Shown here: one piece after another, positions 52,220 to 62,446 of the stretch
Numbering within the stretch: position 1 is the stretch's first letter
How the letters are laid out: each line of letters opens with the position of its first letter
Assembly (NCBI GenBank): GCA_965200245.1
Contig: CBDATS010000004.1
Location: 576,001 to 640,000, forward strand
Reading direction: 5' to 3'
Source: a bacterium
Lineage (GTDB): Bacteria; UBA8248
Length of the DNA: 64,000 nt
Position numbers and translations under genes: made by a program
Notes under the pieces: generated by a model
Database searches by the model: none
Seen by the model: the letters and a program-made list of their open reading frames with translations, nothing else
Told to the model about the DNA's origin: nothing

Positions 52220-52663
52220 ATGCCTTCAAAACAAAAGCCCAAAATTCCTGCTGGTGCTCTCAAGCGCGGGACTCAGTTGTGGACCAAGGAATTCACCGAG
52301 CGCATCGGTCATGACATGGCCGAATGGGCTGATGAGGAATTCATGAAACTGTTCATGAACTTCTGTTACGGCGGGCTCTACGACAGAAACGTCCTGCCCC
52401 AGAAAACCAGGGAGCTTTGCGCCGTGGCCGCATGCGTGATGGCAAACGCGCATCCGCAATTGCGCACCCACATACAAGCTTCATGGAATTGCGGGGCGAC
52501 GAAGCGCGAGATCATGGAAGTCATCATCCAGATGGCCACCTACTGCGGGATGCCTTATATGCTTCAAGCAGCTCGAATCGCCGCGAATGAGGTCTTCCCC
52601 CTGCTCAAGCGTGGAGAAAAAGCAGCCGCTCCGCCACCGGGCCTGAAACTGGAAGAGAAATAA
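52220..52663 (+). CDS. carboxymuconolactone decarboxylase family protein
   Basis: KTRELCAVA, QLRTHI, EIMEVIIQMATYCGMP. Confidence 0.88.
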   Translation: MPSKQKPKIPAGALKRGTQLWTKEFTERIGHDMAEWADEEFMKLFMNFCYGGLYDRNVLPQKTRELCAVAACVMANAHPQLRTHIQASWNCGATKREIMEVIIQMATYCGMPYMLQAARIAANEVFPLLKRGEKAAAPPPGLKLEEK

Positions 52664-52715
52664 CCTGTATCCAACAACACAAACCCGAAATTGAACTCGT
52701 AAGGAGTATCATCCA

Positions 52716-53492
52716 ATGGCCCGTAGAATCGTAGACCTGAGCGTTCCTCTTCAAAACGCGCCTATGGAGAACAATCCAGCCGTCATCCAGTACGTGAACC
52801 ACACGGAACTTGCGCGCATGCGAGCCAAATCATACAAGTTTCCAGACACCAGTTATTTTCCCGAACACATGCACTGCGCGACCGAAAACATAACATCCAT
52901 CAGCACGCACAGCGGCACGCACCTCGACTCCCCGTACCACTACGGCCCCGCATGCGAGGGGAATCCATCGAAGACTATAGACCTCGTTCCCCTCGAATGG
53001 TGCGTGAGTGCCGGGGTGGTCCTTGACTTTCACGATGTCGAGCGCGGCCACAATATCACGCTGGAGGAAACAAGGCAGAAAGTAGCGGCCCTGAAGGAAA
53101 AAGGCTATTCACTCAAGCCAATGGACATTGTCCTCATCCGAACCGATCACACCACGAAGTATCTCTACACCCCCGATTTCGAGCAAACCCATCCGGGCAT
53201 GAGTGTCGACGCCACGGAATGGCTGGTCGATCAGGGAATCAAGGTGATGGGGATAGACGCATGGGGTTTCGACATTCCCGTCTCGAAGATGACCGAACTC
53301 CGACGCCAGGGAAATGAGAAAGATTTCTTTGGCAGTCATTTCCTGGGCCGCAAGAAGGAATACATCCACGCGGAAAAGCTCATGAATCTCGATAAAATCC
53401 CCGAATTCGGGTTTACCGTTTCGATGCTCCCTATCAAGATAGAGCGCGCAAGCGGCGCGTGGTGCAGGGCAGTTGCCATCATCGATAACTAG
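52716..53492 (+). CDS. cyclase family protein (kynurenine formamidase-like)
   Basis: THSGTHLDSPYH, GIDAWGFD, EKLMNLD. Confidence 0.92.
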   Translation: MARRIVDLSVPLQNAPMENNPAVIQYVNHTELARMRAKSYKFPDTSYFPEHMHCATENITSISTHSGTHLDSPYHYGPACEGNPSKTIDLVPLEWCVSAGVVLDFHDVERGHNITLEETRQKVAALKEKGYSLKPMDIVLIRTDHTTKYLYTPDFEQTHPGMSVDATEWLVDQGIKVMGIDAWGFDIPVSKMTELRRQGNEKDFFGSHFLGRKKEYIHAEKLMNLDKIPEFGFTVSMLPIKIERASGAWCRAVAIIDN

Positions 53493-53601
53493 TTCATTCA
53501 TGAGGAAGGATGGAATCGGCTTGGTGGGGTGACTTCACTGAAAAATATGGTAATATCCACATATACACAGCGGAGTGGCGAAAATCCAGAGGAGTGGTTC
53601 G

Positions 53602-53802
53602 ATGGCTTTATACGAGAACGTAGCGAAACAACAAAAAACCTTATCCAGTGGTCTCATCCAGCGCATTGAGGTTCTCAAGCCAGCCGTATTGGCGATCGTT
53701 CTCGGCATATTTATTCTGTACGGAGTGGGATTCGCCCAGCCGCAGCTATTGCATGATGCCGCCCATGATACACGGCATGCTTTCGCCTTCCCTTGCCATT
53801 AA
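53602..53802 (+). CDS. cbtB: CbtB-domain cobalt transporter subunit
   Basis: One TM helix followed by HDAAHDTRHAFAFPCH. Confidence 0.9.
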   Translation: MALYENVAKQQKTLSSGLIQRIEVLKPAVLAIVLGIFILYGVGFAQPQLLHDAAHDTRHAFAFPCH

Positions 53803-53832
53803 GATGTCTGGCAGCCTGTTGCCAGACAAAAG

Positions 53833-53864
53833 ACGGCGCCCCTCGGGAGGCGCCGTTTCCTTTT
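53833..53864 (+). terminator. intrinsic terminator after cbtB
   Basis: ACGGCGCC...GGCGCCGT followed by a T-rich tract; second hairpin at 53805-53828. Confidence 0.65.
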
Positions 53865-53874
53865 AAGGAAACGG

Positions 53875-54222
53875 ATGTCCGAGCAGAAGACCGACAAACC
53901 CTGGGGATATTTCACCGTATTGGCCCATGAACCGGATCATCAGGTCAAACGGATAGTGATTCATCCGGGGCATCGCTTCAGCCTGCAGAAGCATTCGCGC
54001 AGATCCGAGCACTGGTACGCCATATCTGGACAGGCAATCGTCATCTGCGGAGAAGATCAAACCTCCTTTTCCGCTGGCCAGAGCATGGATATTCCATCAG
54101 GGACATGGCACAGGGTTCAAAACGAAACGGATGCACCTTTCGTTTTCATCGAGGTTCAGACCGGCGCCTACTTTGGCGAGGACGACATACAACGACGTGA
54201 AGACGATTACGGGAGGGTTTGA
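53875..54222 (+). CDS. phosphomannose isomerase type II C-terminal cupin
   Basis: KPWG, SLQKHSRRSEHW, IEVQTGAYFGEDDI. Confidence 0.9.
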   Translation: MSEQKTDKPWGYFTVLAHEPDHQVKRIVIHPGHRFSLQKHSRRSEHWYAISGQAIVICGEDQTSFSAGQSMDIPSGTWHRVQNETDAPFVFIEVQTGAYFGEDDIQRREDDYGRV

Positions 54223-54271
54223 GAAAACATTACGGAATTTCCTAGTTTAGGGCTTGATATTCTCTGGTGAT

Positions 54272-54520
54272 TTAACCCCTTTCGTTCACCGAATACCCCG
54301 GAGGATAATAATCCAGTTCGTCTCCGGTTTCGTTCCCCGGATACTGCCTGAGTCTCTCTATGACTTCATCCCAGGGTTTTTCTTCGTGTTCATCACTAAG
54401 TACACTCATCCATTCAACGTGCTTGAATTTGAAAGTTTCTTTGGTGAATTCGGTTTTTTCGTACTTCGACCACGGATCATCGATCCATTCCCAGTCCCCG
54501 CCCCTTCTTCTGGCCATCAT
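54272..54520 (-). CDS. hypothetical protein preceded by a toxin-like gene remnant
   Basis: AAGGAG RBS; upstream fragment IILVTAYDPD..RRKRRRR ends with a TGATG overlap. Confidence 0.45.
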   Translation of the reverse strand: MMARRRGGDWEWIDDPWSKYEKTEFTKETFKFKHVEWMSVLSDEHEEKPWDEVIERLRQYPGNETGDELDYYPPGYSVNERG

Positions 54521-54713
54521 CTTCTCCTTCGTTTCCGTCGTTTTGACCGTCCGCGTTCACGTTTCAGTCGCGCCGCCCTTCTTTTCATGTCCTCTTCTCT
54601 CTGGTCCGGGTCGTATGCGGTAACCAGAATAATCTTAATGTGGACACGGAGTTGAACACCGCCACCAAAGTTGAAGGCGTTTCCGGTTACATCTGAAGCA
54701 AACGGTCCTTAAC

Positions 54714-55913
54714 CTAGCCTTTTCGAAGCTGCTCCAATGCGCCCGCCAGACGCTCCACGCCACGCTCGCATTCTTCTGTCGAGCAGGAATACGCGATTCT
54801 GATATAACCTTCTCCCCCAAATACGGCGCCATTGACTGAAGCGATGGCGTGCTCGTTCAAAAGACAGTCTGCCACCTCACCCGAGGTTTCACCGAAGGCC
54901 TTCACATTCGGGAATGCATAGAACGCGCCCGTAGGCTCCGCCAGCGTGACGCCCTCAATGGCGCGCAATCCTTCGGATATCACACGCCGTCGCTTGTCGA
55001 ATTCACGCGTCATCGCTTCCATGGGGGCCTGATCCTCAAGAACGCCACGCGCCGCGCCGTTTTGAATAAACGTGTTGACGCATACGGTGGTGTATTGGCG
55101 TATTTTGAGCAGGTGACGCGTAATCTCGGGGCTTGCCACTGTCCAGCCCAGACGCCAGCCGTCCATACTGTAGAATTTCGAAAACCCATTGATGATCACC
55201 GTACGCTCCGCCATGCCAGGCTGCGAGAAAATACTCGGGGCGCAGGGCGCATCGCCGTAATAAATGCGCGCATAAATCTCATCGCTCATCACCATGAAGT
55301 TGCGTCGCACCGCCAACTCCGCGATTCCAGCGAGTTCGGATTCAGGTATCGTGCAGCCTGTGGGGTTGCCGGGTGATGTGAGGCAGACGAGCTTCGTCCT
55401 AGGGGTCAAAACCGCTTCTATATCCTCGGCGCGCAATGCGAAATCATTCTCTTCTTTCGTCATTACCTCGACGGGCACGCCGCCCGCCAGTGCCGTGCAG
55501 GATTTGTAATGATGCCAGTTCGGCTGTGCGATAATGACCTCATCGCCGGGATTGACCAAGGCCAGCATGGAAACCATGATGCCCTCATTCGCACCAGCCA
55601 TAACGATCACCTGCGTATCGGGGTTCACCTCCACGCCCGTATCTATTTCCGTTCTGAAAGCAATGCCCTTGCGCAGGGCGGGAACTCCCGTGCTGGGCGC
55701 ATAGTGCACGTCGCCGCGGTCGAGGGATTCCATAGCCCCTTGTTTGATGTGTTCGGGCGTGTCGAAATCGGTACGGCCAATCTGCCAGTGGATCACGTCG
55801 CGCCCTTCAGCTTCGAGCTTTGCCACGGCGTCGAACACCTTGCGAATTCCCGAGAAGGGGATTTCTTCCAAACGATCCGCACCCACGGCCCGGGCATCAA
55901 AAGCAGAAACCAT
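54714..55913 (-). CDS. class I/II PLP-dependent aminotransferase
   Basis: PGNPTG, SDEIY, GFSKFYSMDGWRLG. Confidence 0.94.
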   Translation of the reverse strand: MVSAFDARAVGADRLEEIPFSGIRKVFDAVAKLEAEGRDVIHWQIGRTDFDTPEHIKQGAMESLDRGDVHYAPSTGVPALRKGIAFRTEIDTGVEVNPDTQVIVMAGANEGIMVSMLALVNPGDEVIIAQPNWHHYKSCTALAGGVPVEVMTKEENDFALRAEDIEAVLTPRTKLVCLTSPGNPTGCTIPESELAGIAELAVRRNFMVMSDEIYARIYYGDAPCAPSIFSQPGMAERTVIINGFSKFYSMDGWRLGWTVASPEITRHLLKIRQYTTVCVNTFIQNGAARGVLEDQAPMEAMTREFDKRRRVISEGLRAIEGVTLAEPTGAFYAFPNVKAFGETSGEVADCLLNEHAIASVNGAVFGGEGYIRIAYSCSTEECERGVERLAGALEQLRKG

Positions 55914-56218
55914 CCAGAATCTCCTTGCATATGAAAACGATACTAACAGCGATGACTAATAATTCACTGAAAACGCTCTGTAAACCGCCCCTTATAGCTT
56001 TTGAAGCCTCAAGGCGCAAGAGAGTTCTCACCCCGGATTCTCCGCCATGTAACCAGTCGCTCTCATTTTTTCGGTTTCGAGATGAGGTAGCCAACTTATG
56101 GGGATGAAAACCATGGGCCGTGCGCTTATGGTCGAACGATTCCCACACTTTCTTCTGTTGCCCTGATGGCTTTTCGTTGGCGATGGAGGGCGTGGATGAA
56201 CATCCGACTGCTGAACCC

Positions 56219-57007
56219 CTAAAGCAAATCCCCTTGCAGGACGGTCACGGCCTTACCCCCAAGCAGGATACGGTCTCCAAGAATTCTGATGCGTACGACC
56301 CCGCCTCGCGCGGATGCTTGATAGGCCATAAGTTCTTCCTTTTGGAAGCGCCTCGCCCAAAACGGCCCCAAGCAACAGTGGGCGGAACCTGTCACCGGAT
56401 CCTCATTCACGCCGAGACCGGGCGCGAAGAACCGAGACACGAAATCATATCGGGGGTCATCGGATTGTGCCGTAACGATGCAGCCACGCATTGGAACCAT
56501 CTTCAGAAGCTGAAAATCAGGGGCCAATGCCCTGACGGTTTCCTCGGAGTCGGCTTCCACCAGATAATCGAATTCGTTTTTCCCTACATAGCGGGGGGTC
56601 AGCCCGATACTCTCCACCAGGGCATCAGGGGGTATCACGGGAGATTCCCGGGTGATGGGAAAATTCATTTCTATCCATTCATCGTCCTGCCCACAGGTCA
56701 AAATCCCGCTTTTCGTATGAAAGATGACCGTTTGATCGGAGCCTAGATGGCCCCTTTCCCAAAGGACATGAGCGCTCGCAAGCGTTGCATGACCGCAGAG
56801 GTCCACCTCACTCACCGGTGTGAACCAACGTAAGCTGTAACCGTCTTCCTGTCTCACCACGAAAGCGGTTTCAGAGAGATTCATCTCTTCCGCCACGCGC
56901 TGCATCCATCCCTCGTCCACTTGCGCCGGCAGGATACAGACAGCTGCCGGATTGCCCGAGAACGGCGTATCGGTAAACGCATCCACCTGTACGATCGGAA
57001 ACGACAT
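56219..57007 (-). CDS. PhzF family isomerase
   Basis: VDAFT..GNPAAV, EVDLCGHATLA, EDPVTGSAH. Confidence 0.94.
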   Translation of the reverse strand: MSFPIVQVDAFTDTPFSGNPAAVCILPAQVDEGWMQRVAEEMNLSETAFVVRQEDGYSLRWFTPVSEVDLCGHATLASAHVLWERGHLGSDQTVIFHTKSGILTCGQDDEWIEMNFPITRESPVIPPDALVESIGLTPRYVGKNEFDYLVEADSEETVRALAPDFQLLKMVPMRGCIVTAQSDDPRYDFVSRFFAPGLGVNEDPVTGSAHCCLGPFWARRFQKEELMAYQASARGGVVRIRILGDRILLGGKAVTVLQGDLL

Positions 57008-57032
57008 GAGGATATCTCTTGGAAAATGACGG

Positions 57033-57503
57033 TCAGACGCGTCTGATCACGTTGCCTGAACGAATCGAACCCCTGCCTAGAACCTGCGCATTCAGCCCCG
57101 AGCGATTGATGAGTGCGTCGTGCAGACCCGTGATCCCAAGCAAATTCTCAAAATACTTGCATGGCTCGTTCAGACGAACCCCACGCATCCGCACCTCACC
57201 CACCTGAAACTCCACCCCCACCAGATGATTGAGCGGAACCCCTCGCGTCACGATGTTTCTCCTGCTCTGGCCTGCGTCGAGCTGGATGTCGTGGTCCCGC
57301 ACAAGAGCCTCGATGGCTTCAATTTCAATGAGCGTCACCTCGCGGTCTGGCCCCTGTTTTTTGGAGTACGTACCCACGCCCTCGGCGTAGCGATCTCCCA
57401 CAAGACCCGATCCGACGACCGCCTCCGCCTGGGCGACCTCCATCATCGGCTCGCCGCCCACCGAGGCGATATGAACCGAGACCACCTTACCCTCGAAGGT
57501 CAT
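57033..57503 (-). CDS. MOSC domain protein
   Basis: GLVGDRY, RRNIVTRG, EPC. Confidence 0.9.
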   Translation of the reverse strand: MTFEGKVVSVHIASVGGEPMMEVAQAEAVVGSGLVGDRYAEGVGTYSKKQGPDREVTLIEIEAIEALVRDHDIQLDAGQSRRNIVTRGVPLNHLVGVEFQVGEVRMRGVRLNEPCKYFENLLGITGLHDALINRSGLNAQVLGRGSIRSGNVIRRV

Positions 57504-57742
57504 GACTTCATATTCCCCTGAATCAGATTAATCACTTCTTCTTCCGTGGGAAAGTTGCCCGAATCGAGTTTCGACCACAATAGCCCGCCGTCCAATACCA
57601 ACTCGAAGGAGCCGATGCGAAAGTTCCCGTCCTCGTTTCCTGCGATATCCAAGTCTGGGAAATGTTTTTTCAGTTCATGAGCCAACTGCTCATAGCGCGG
57701 CCCGTAGTTTCATTTTTGGCAATATTCAACGTGAAGTTTCAT
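57500..57742 (-). CDS. Rdx/SelW-like selenoprotein (C-Q-K-U)
   Basis: MKLHVEYCQK-TGA-NYGPRY...GSFEL...LWSKL...FP; GGAGG RBS; SECIS-like hairpin after the TGA. Confidence 0.9.
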
Positions 57743-57950
57743 TCATTTCCCTCCACAGGAAGACAATAAATGCTACTCAATCACATCATAGAAGAATTCT
57801 GCCGACAGGAGAAGGAGGCAAAAGAAAAACCACCCCACCGAATTTCCCTGCGTATCGAATAAAGCTGCGAAAACCCCGTGCAGCTTGACTATTTTATCTA
57901 CACAAGAGAAAAGGCTCCCCGGTTTCCGAAGAGAACTTCAAGGAGAAGAA

Positions 57951-59354
57951 ATGGCCGGAATCACATGCGTGGGAGCATACATCCCCTTTCATCGCCTGGG
58001 CGGAGACACCGTGCGGGCCGTTTGGGGAACTGGCAGCCCAAGGGCTTCACGCCCGCTGGCCGGTTTCGACGAAGACAGCATCACAATGGGGGTGGAGGCG
58101 CTGATCAACGCCGCGGGCTGGGGCGATTCCGGGGTCGATTCGCTGTATTTCGCATCTACGTCCCATCCTTACGCCGAGAAATCGAATGCTGCTGTACTCG
58201 CCGCTGCGGCGGATTTGCCCGAAAAACTCTTCACCCTGGATGCGGGAGGCTCGGTGCGCGCGGGCACATCTGCACTCAAAGCCGCCTGCGACGCCATAGA
58301 GGCCGGTTCCTCTCAGACGGCGGCCGTTGTTGCGGCGGAGAAAAGACCATCTCTGCCGGGCAGTCCCGATGAACTCGCTCTTTGCGACGGTGCAGCAGCA
58401 GTGTTGCTGGGCAAGGGAGAGGATGTCGCCGCAGAGATCGAGGCGATTTATTCATGGTCCGAAGATTTCATCGACAGGTGGCGTCTGCCGGGCGAGGGGG
58501 CCGTTTCCGCGGGCGACGCCAAATTCATTCAGGATTACGGCTATGTGCGCCAGAGCATTGCCACCGTGGAGGGGCTGCTCAGCCAGACGGGAGCTACGAG
58601 AGAAGACATCGCACGCGTGCTCGTCTACGCTCCCGATCCGCGCACCCACGCGGCGATAGCCAGAAAACTGGGTTTTCCCGAGTCGGCATATCCTGAAAAC
58701 CCGTTAATCACACGCCTGGGCGACTCCGGGGCGGCGGCACCTCTGCTTGCTCTCGTCGATGCGCTACAGGGTGCAGAGCCGGGAGAGCACATCATCGTCG
58801 CAGGCCATGGAAGCGGAGGCGAGGCCATTCTGCTCCGGGCAACGGACAAGGTTCATTCCTTGAGAACGCAGAGGGGACTCAGTTGGTCCCTGGATCATGC
58901 AAGACCCATCCCAAATTATGGCCAATGGCTCAAGTTTCGGGGCCTCTCGCCCGAGGAGGAAATCAAGCCCTTCTCCTCTCCCAGTATCCTGTGGAAAGAA
59001 AGCAGGGCCAACATGCGCCTGATGGCGGGGGTTTGCCGCTCATGCGGAGAGGTGCAGTACCCTCGCCAGCAAGTCTGCAATGCATGCGGGGCACGCGATG
59101 AGTGGGATGAGCGAAAACTCAGCCGTCGGGGCAAAATCTTCACTTTCGTGCATGATTACCTGCCGCCATCGCCCGAAGGCTTTATCACGATGGCGACAGT
59201 GGAACTCGAAGGGGGCGGACGATTTTACGGCCAGATGACGAATCATGTGAAAGACGAGGTTCATATCGGGATGGAGTGTGAGCTCACGTTCCGACTTCTC
59301 CATCAGGGCGATGGGTATTATAATTATTTCTGGAAACTTCGCCCCGCCGAATAG
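57951..59354 (+). CDS. HMG-CoA synthase-like + DUF35 (Zn-ribbon/OB) fusion
   Basis: DEDSITMGVEA, CRSCG...CNACG, C-terminal YFWK. Confidence 0.88.
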   Translation: MAGITCVGAYIPFHRLGGDTVRAVWGTGSPRASRPLAGFDEDSITMGVEALINAAGWGDSGVDSLYFASTSHPYAEKSNAAVLAAAADLPEKLFTLDAGGSVRAGTSALKAACDAIEAGSSQTAAVVAAEKRPSLPGSPDELALCDGAAAVLLGKGEDVAAEIEAIYSWSEDFIDRWRLPGEGAVSAGDAKFIQDYGYVRQSIATVEGLLSQTGATREDIARVLVYAPDPRTHAAIARKLGFPESAYPENPLITRLGDSGAAAPLLALVDALQGAEPGEHIIVAGHGSGGEAILLRATDKVHSLRTQRGLSWSLDHARPIPNYGQWLKFRGLSPEEEIKPFSSPSILWKESRANMRLMAGVCRSCGEVQYPRQQVCNACGARDEWDERKLSRRGKIFTFVHDYLPPSPEGFITMATVELEGGGRFYGQMTNHVKDEVHIGMECELTFRLLHQGDGYYNYFWKLRPAE

Positions 59355-59401
59355 AGACCTCGGCTTTCAGCGGGAATGCCTCATATCTCAAGGAGTCAGC
59401 C

Positions 59402-60598
59402 ATGAGCGGAAATATTGCCGGAAAAGTCGCCATCATCGGCGTGGGCATCACGAAATTCGGGGAACTCTTCGAGCAGAGCTATAACGACCTCGTGGTGGAA
59501 GCTTCTTTCGAGGCCTATCAGGACGCAGGTGTGACCGGCGAAGATATTGAAGCTGCATGGCTGGGCACGTATCTCCCCCTTGGCTGGGGCTTCGACGGTA
59601 CGGGCGGACCCTCGCTGGCGGAGGCGCTCAACCTCTACCCGAAACCCGTCTCGCGTGTTGCGAACTACTGCACCACGGGGATGGAAGCCGTTCGCATGGC
59701 GGCAATGGCCGTCGCTTCAGGCATGCACGATGTCGTCCTGGCCGTCGGCGCCGAGAAGATGCGCGAAGTTCCTCCCCGAGGCAGCCTGGTCGCACAACAC
59801 GTTGAAAAACTTCACCCCATGTATTCGAAGGGCCGCACGGCACCGGGCAGTTTCGCCGTTCTGGCGAGACGGTATTTCGAGGAATTCAGCGCGGATAAAG
59901 AAGATTTGGCCGAGGTGGCGGTGAAGAACCACTATCACGGAAGCCTGAACAAGCGTGCGCATTTCAGGAAGGAGATTACCAAAGAACAGGTGCTCAAGGC
60001 TCCCCCGGTGACGGAGCCCTTGGGTCTCTACGATTGCTGCCCCACCACGGACGGTGCCGCTGCTGTCGTGCTCTGCCGGGCGGATTTGGCCGAATCGCGT
60101 TTCGACAAGAAAGATTACGTCTTGATCGACGGCATGGGACTCTCCTGTGCGACAGGCTATATCACCACGGCATTCAACCCGAAATTCAGCTTCATCGGCT
60201 TTGAGGCCACGAAGGAGGCTGCGCGCCAAGCCTACGAGCAGGCTGGCGTAACGAACCCCCGTGAGGAGATAGACGTCGCGGAAGTACATGATTGTTTTAC
60301 GATTACGGAGATACTGAACTATGAGGATCTCGGCTTCGTCGAGAAGGGTGAGGGGCCCGAATTCGTGAAAAGCGGTGCGAGCAGGCTCGGCGGTGAACTG
60401 CCCGTGAACACTTCGGGCGGCCTCAAGAGTTGCGGCCATCCCATTGGCGCTACGGGCGCGCGCGTGGTGGCCGACCTGACGCACCAACTCCTCGGTCGCT
60501 GCCGGAAGCGGCAGGTCAAGGGCGCCAGGCGAGCGCTCGGACACACCCTCGGCGGGCCGGGAGCGGTCTCGAGTGTCTTTGTGCTAAGCAGGAACTAG
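59402..60598 (+). CDS. thiolase (SCP2-type acetyl-CoA acyltransferase)
   Basis: NYCTTG, EVHDCFT, GHPIGATG. Confidence 0.92.
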   Translation: MSGNIAGKVAIIGVGITKFGELFEQSYNDLVVEASFEAYQDAGVTGEDIEAAWLGTYLPLGWGFDGTGGPSLAEALNLYPKPVSRVANYCTTGMEAVRMAAMAVASGMHDVVLAVGAEKMREVPPRGSLVAQHVEKLHPMYSKGRTAPGSFAVLARRYFEEFSADKEDLAEVAVKNHYHGSLNKRAHFRKEITKEQVLKAPPVTEPLGLYDCCPTTDGAAAVVLCRADLAESRFDKKDYVLIDGMGLSCATGYITTAFNPKFSFIGFEATKEAARQAYEQAGVTNPREEIDVAEVHDCFTITEILNYEDLGFVEKGEGPEFVKSGASRLGGELPVNTSGGLKSCGHPIGATGARVVADLTHQLLGRCRKRQVKGARRALGHTLGGPGAVSSVFVLSRN

Positions 60599-60944
60599 CC
60601 GAAAAAATCCCCCAGGCACCTGTTGCCGGAGAGGGGACATCACCCCGCAATTACTTGCATCATCCGTCATCGCGGCAAGCGTGAACCATGGCGGAGTTAA
60701 ATTTGGATTTGCACGGGGAAGCTGCCAAACCCTGGTCTGCCTCCCCGAAAAACAGGCTTGCCATCGTCGAACCCCGTCCTGAAGCTGCGTTCCAGACCTT
60801 CCCTGGTGGGCAGGGGCAATGTATCCGGCTTCGGAGTGTCGAGCAGATTCCTGAGGGGCATATCCATATTCCCTTCGAGTTGACTTTTCTTCAGTCTCTC
60901 CTTGATTTCTCTCTCCAGAACTCCTGAATGCAACATCACACTGT

Positions 60945-61135
60945 TTCAGGAGAAACAATCCATCCGGGAGCAAATCACAGAAGCCTTCCTGATAACCTGA
61001 AAGACCACCAGGAGAAAACCGGGGAGAGCGCAGGCCGCGAAGATGCCGTCATGGAACATGTCGGGAGACAGGGGCGCAAAAGGCGGGCATGGATGAACTG
61101 CTTGATGCTGCCAAGGAATGGATGGCTCGTGAGTC
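60945..61135 (+). pseudogene. degenerate second copy of the stand-alone acidic-domain gene
   Basis: DAVMEHVGR...DELLDAAKEWMARE; shares a 19-mer with 39268-39286. Confidence 0.6.
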
Positions 61136-61217
61136 ATTTTCTGTTACAATAAGAAAAACGTATCGTGCGATGAGATACCTGCAAGAGGAAACAATGATAG
61201 AGATAGAATTTGAACCG

Positions 61218-61490
61218 ATGGAAATAGCTGAAGTTGTAAGCTTGGCTGTGAGTCTGTTTACGGGTTTACTGACCCCCTCGGTTATCGGATATGGCATCTA
61301 CGCCATGATGAAAGCGAACAGGGAACGCGCAGTGGCGAGTGACAGGATAAATGAGGTACTGGCAAAGGCTATAGAAGGACTGGACAATTCGAACACTGCG
61401 CTCGCGAAGGCCATCGAAGGTATGGACAAGACCATGGAAGGGCTGGATAAGTCCAATACTGCGCTCGCAAAGGTACTGGAAAGGTTATAA
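61218..61490 (+). CDS. small single-TM coiled-coil protein with heptad repeats
   Basis: VIGYGIYAM followed by AKAIEGLDNSNTAL repeats. Confidence 0.6.
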   Translation: MEIAEVVSLAVSLFTGLLTPSVIGYGIYAMMKANRERAVASDRINEVLAKAIEGLDNSNTALAKAIEGMDKTMEGLDKSNTALAKVLERL

Positions 61491-61651
61491 CCTCCTGCAG
61501 CATCCCTCCGATATCACCGGAAACACCAAACACGTCTGAAACTCTTGCGGGCATGGAGTCCGATGGAATGTCGTGCAAGCGGGATTTGTCGGCTTTCCTG
61601 TGCAAATCCCCAAGTTTCAGAAATTTCTGCACCTGAAACGCGACGCGCAGT

Positions 61652-62446
61652 TCACCCCCCGCGCGAGATCATTTCCCGGAAATGGCTCAAGAGGAACAGC
61701 ACTGCCGCCGCCACGACGATGCATGGACCCGCCGGCGCGTTCCATTCGACCGACGCCCACAGGCCTGCCCCCACCGAGACGACCCCTGCAAGGATGGCGA
61801 ACGCCGCCATCTGCTCGGGTGTTTTGGCGAACCGCCGTGCCACCGCCGGTGGAATGATGAGCATCGAGGTGATGAGCAGAATCCCTATCAGCTTCATGGA
61901 AACGGCGATGATGAAGGCGACCAGGAACATGAAGACAAACTTCACGCGGAAGGTCGGTATCCCTTCGGCACCAGCCAGTTCTTCGTTCACCGTGACGGCG
62001 AGTAGCCCCCGCCACAGCCACGCGAGCACGCCCAGCGCAGCGGTACCACCCAGATAGATCCACCACAAATCCAGCGGGCCGACCGCAAGGATATCCCCAA
62101 AAAGGTAGCCCATCAGGTCTACCCGGAGGGTCTCGACCACACTGACAGCGATGATGCCTATCGAAAGCGCCGTGTGGGCCAAGATACCCAGCAGCGTGTC
62201 GATGGAGAGTGTTTTCCAAGTTTGCAGCGCCAGAAAAACGATCGCGAGGCCGATGCAGGAGATAAAGATGCCGAGTCTCAGGTCGACCCCGAAGGCGAAC
62301 CCTATCGCGACACCGAGCACGGCCGTGTGGGACATGGAGTTTCCAAAATAAGCCATCTTGCGCCAGACGATGAAACAACCCACGGGCCCCGTCACCAAGG
62401 CGACGCCTACTCCGCCCATGAATCCCCTCAATATGAAATCCTCCAT
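61652..62446 (-). CDS. znuB: zinc ABC permease
   Basis: GCFIVWRKMAYFG..SH, MGYLFGDILAV. Confidence 0.92.
   Translation of the reverse strand: MEDFILRGFMGGVGVALVTGPVGCFIVWRKMAYFGNSMSHTAVLGVAIGFAFGVDLRLGIFISCIGLAIVFLALQTWKTLSIDTLLGILAHTALSIGIIAVSVVETLRVDLMGYLFGDILAVGPLDLWWIYLGGTAALGVLAWLWRGLLAVTVNEELAGAEGIPTFRVKFVFMFLVAFIIAVSMKLIGILLITSMLIIPPAVARRFAKTPEQMAAFAILAGVVSVGAGLWASVEWNAPAGPCIVVAAAVLFLLSHFREMISRGG

Noticed and set aside
57951-60598. HMG-CoA synthase-like-DUF35 fusion plus thiolase as a novel system
   Set aside because: This is a known, widespread gene pairing.
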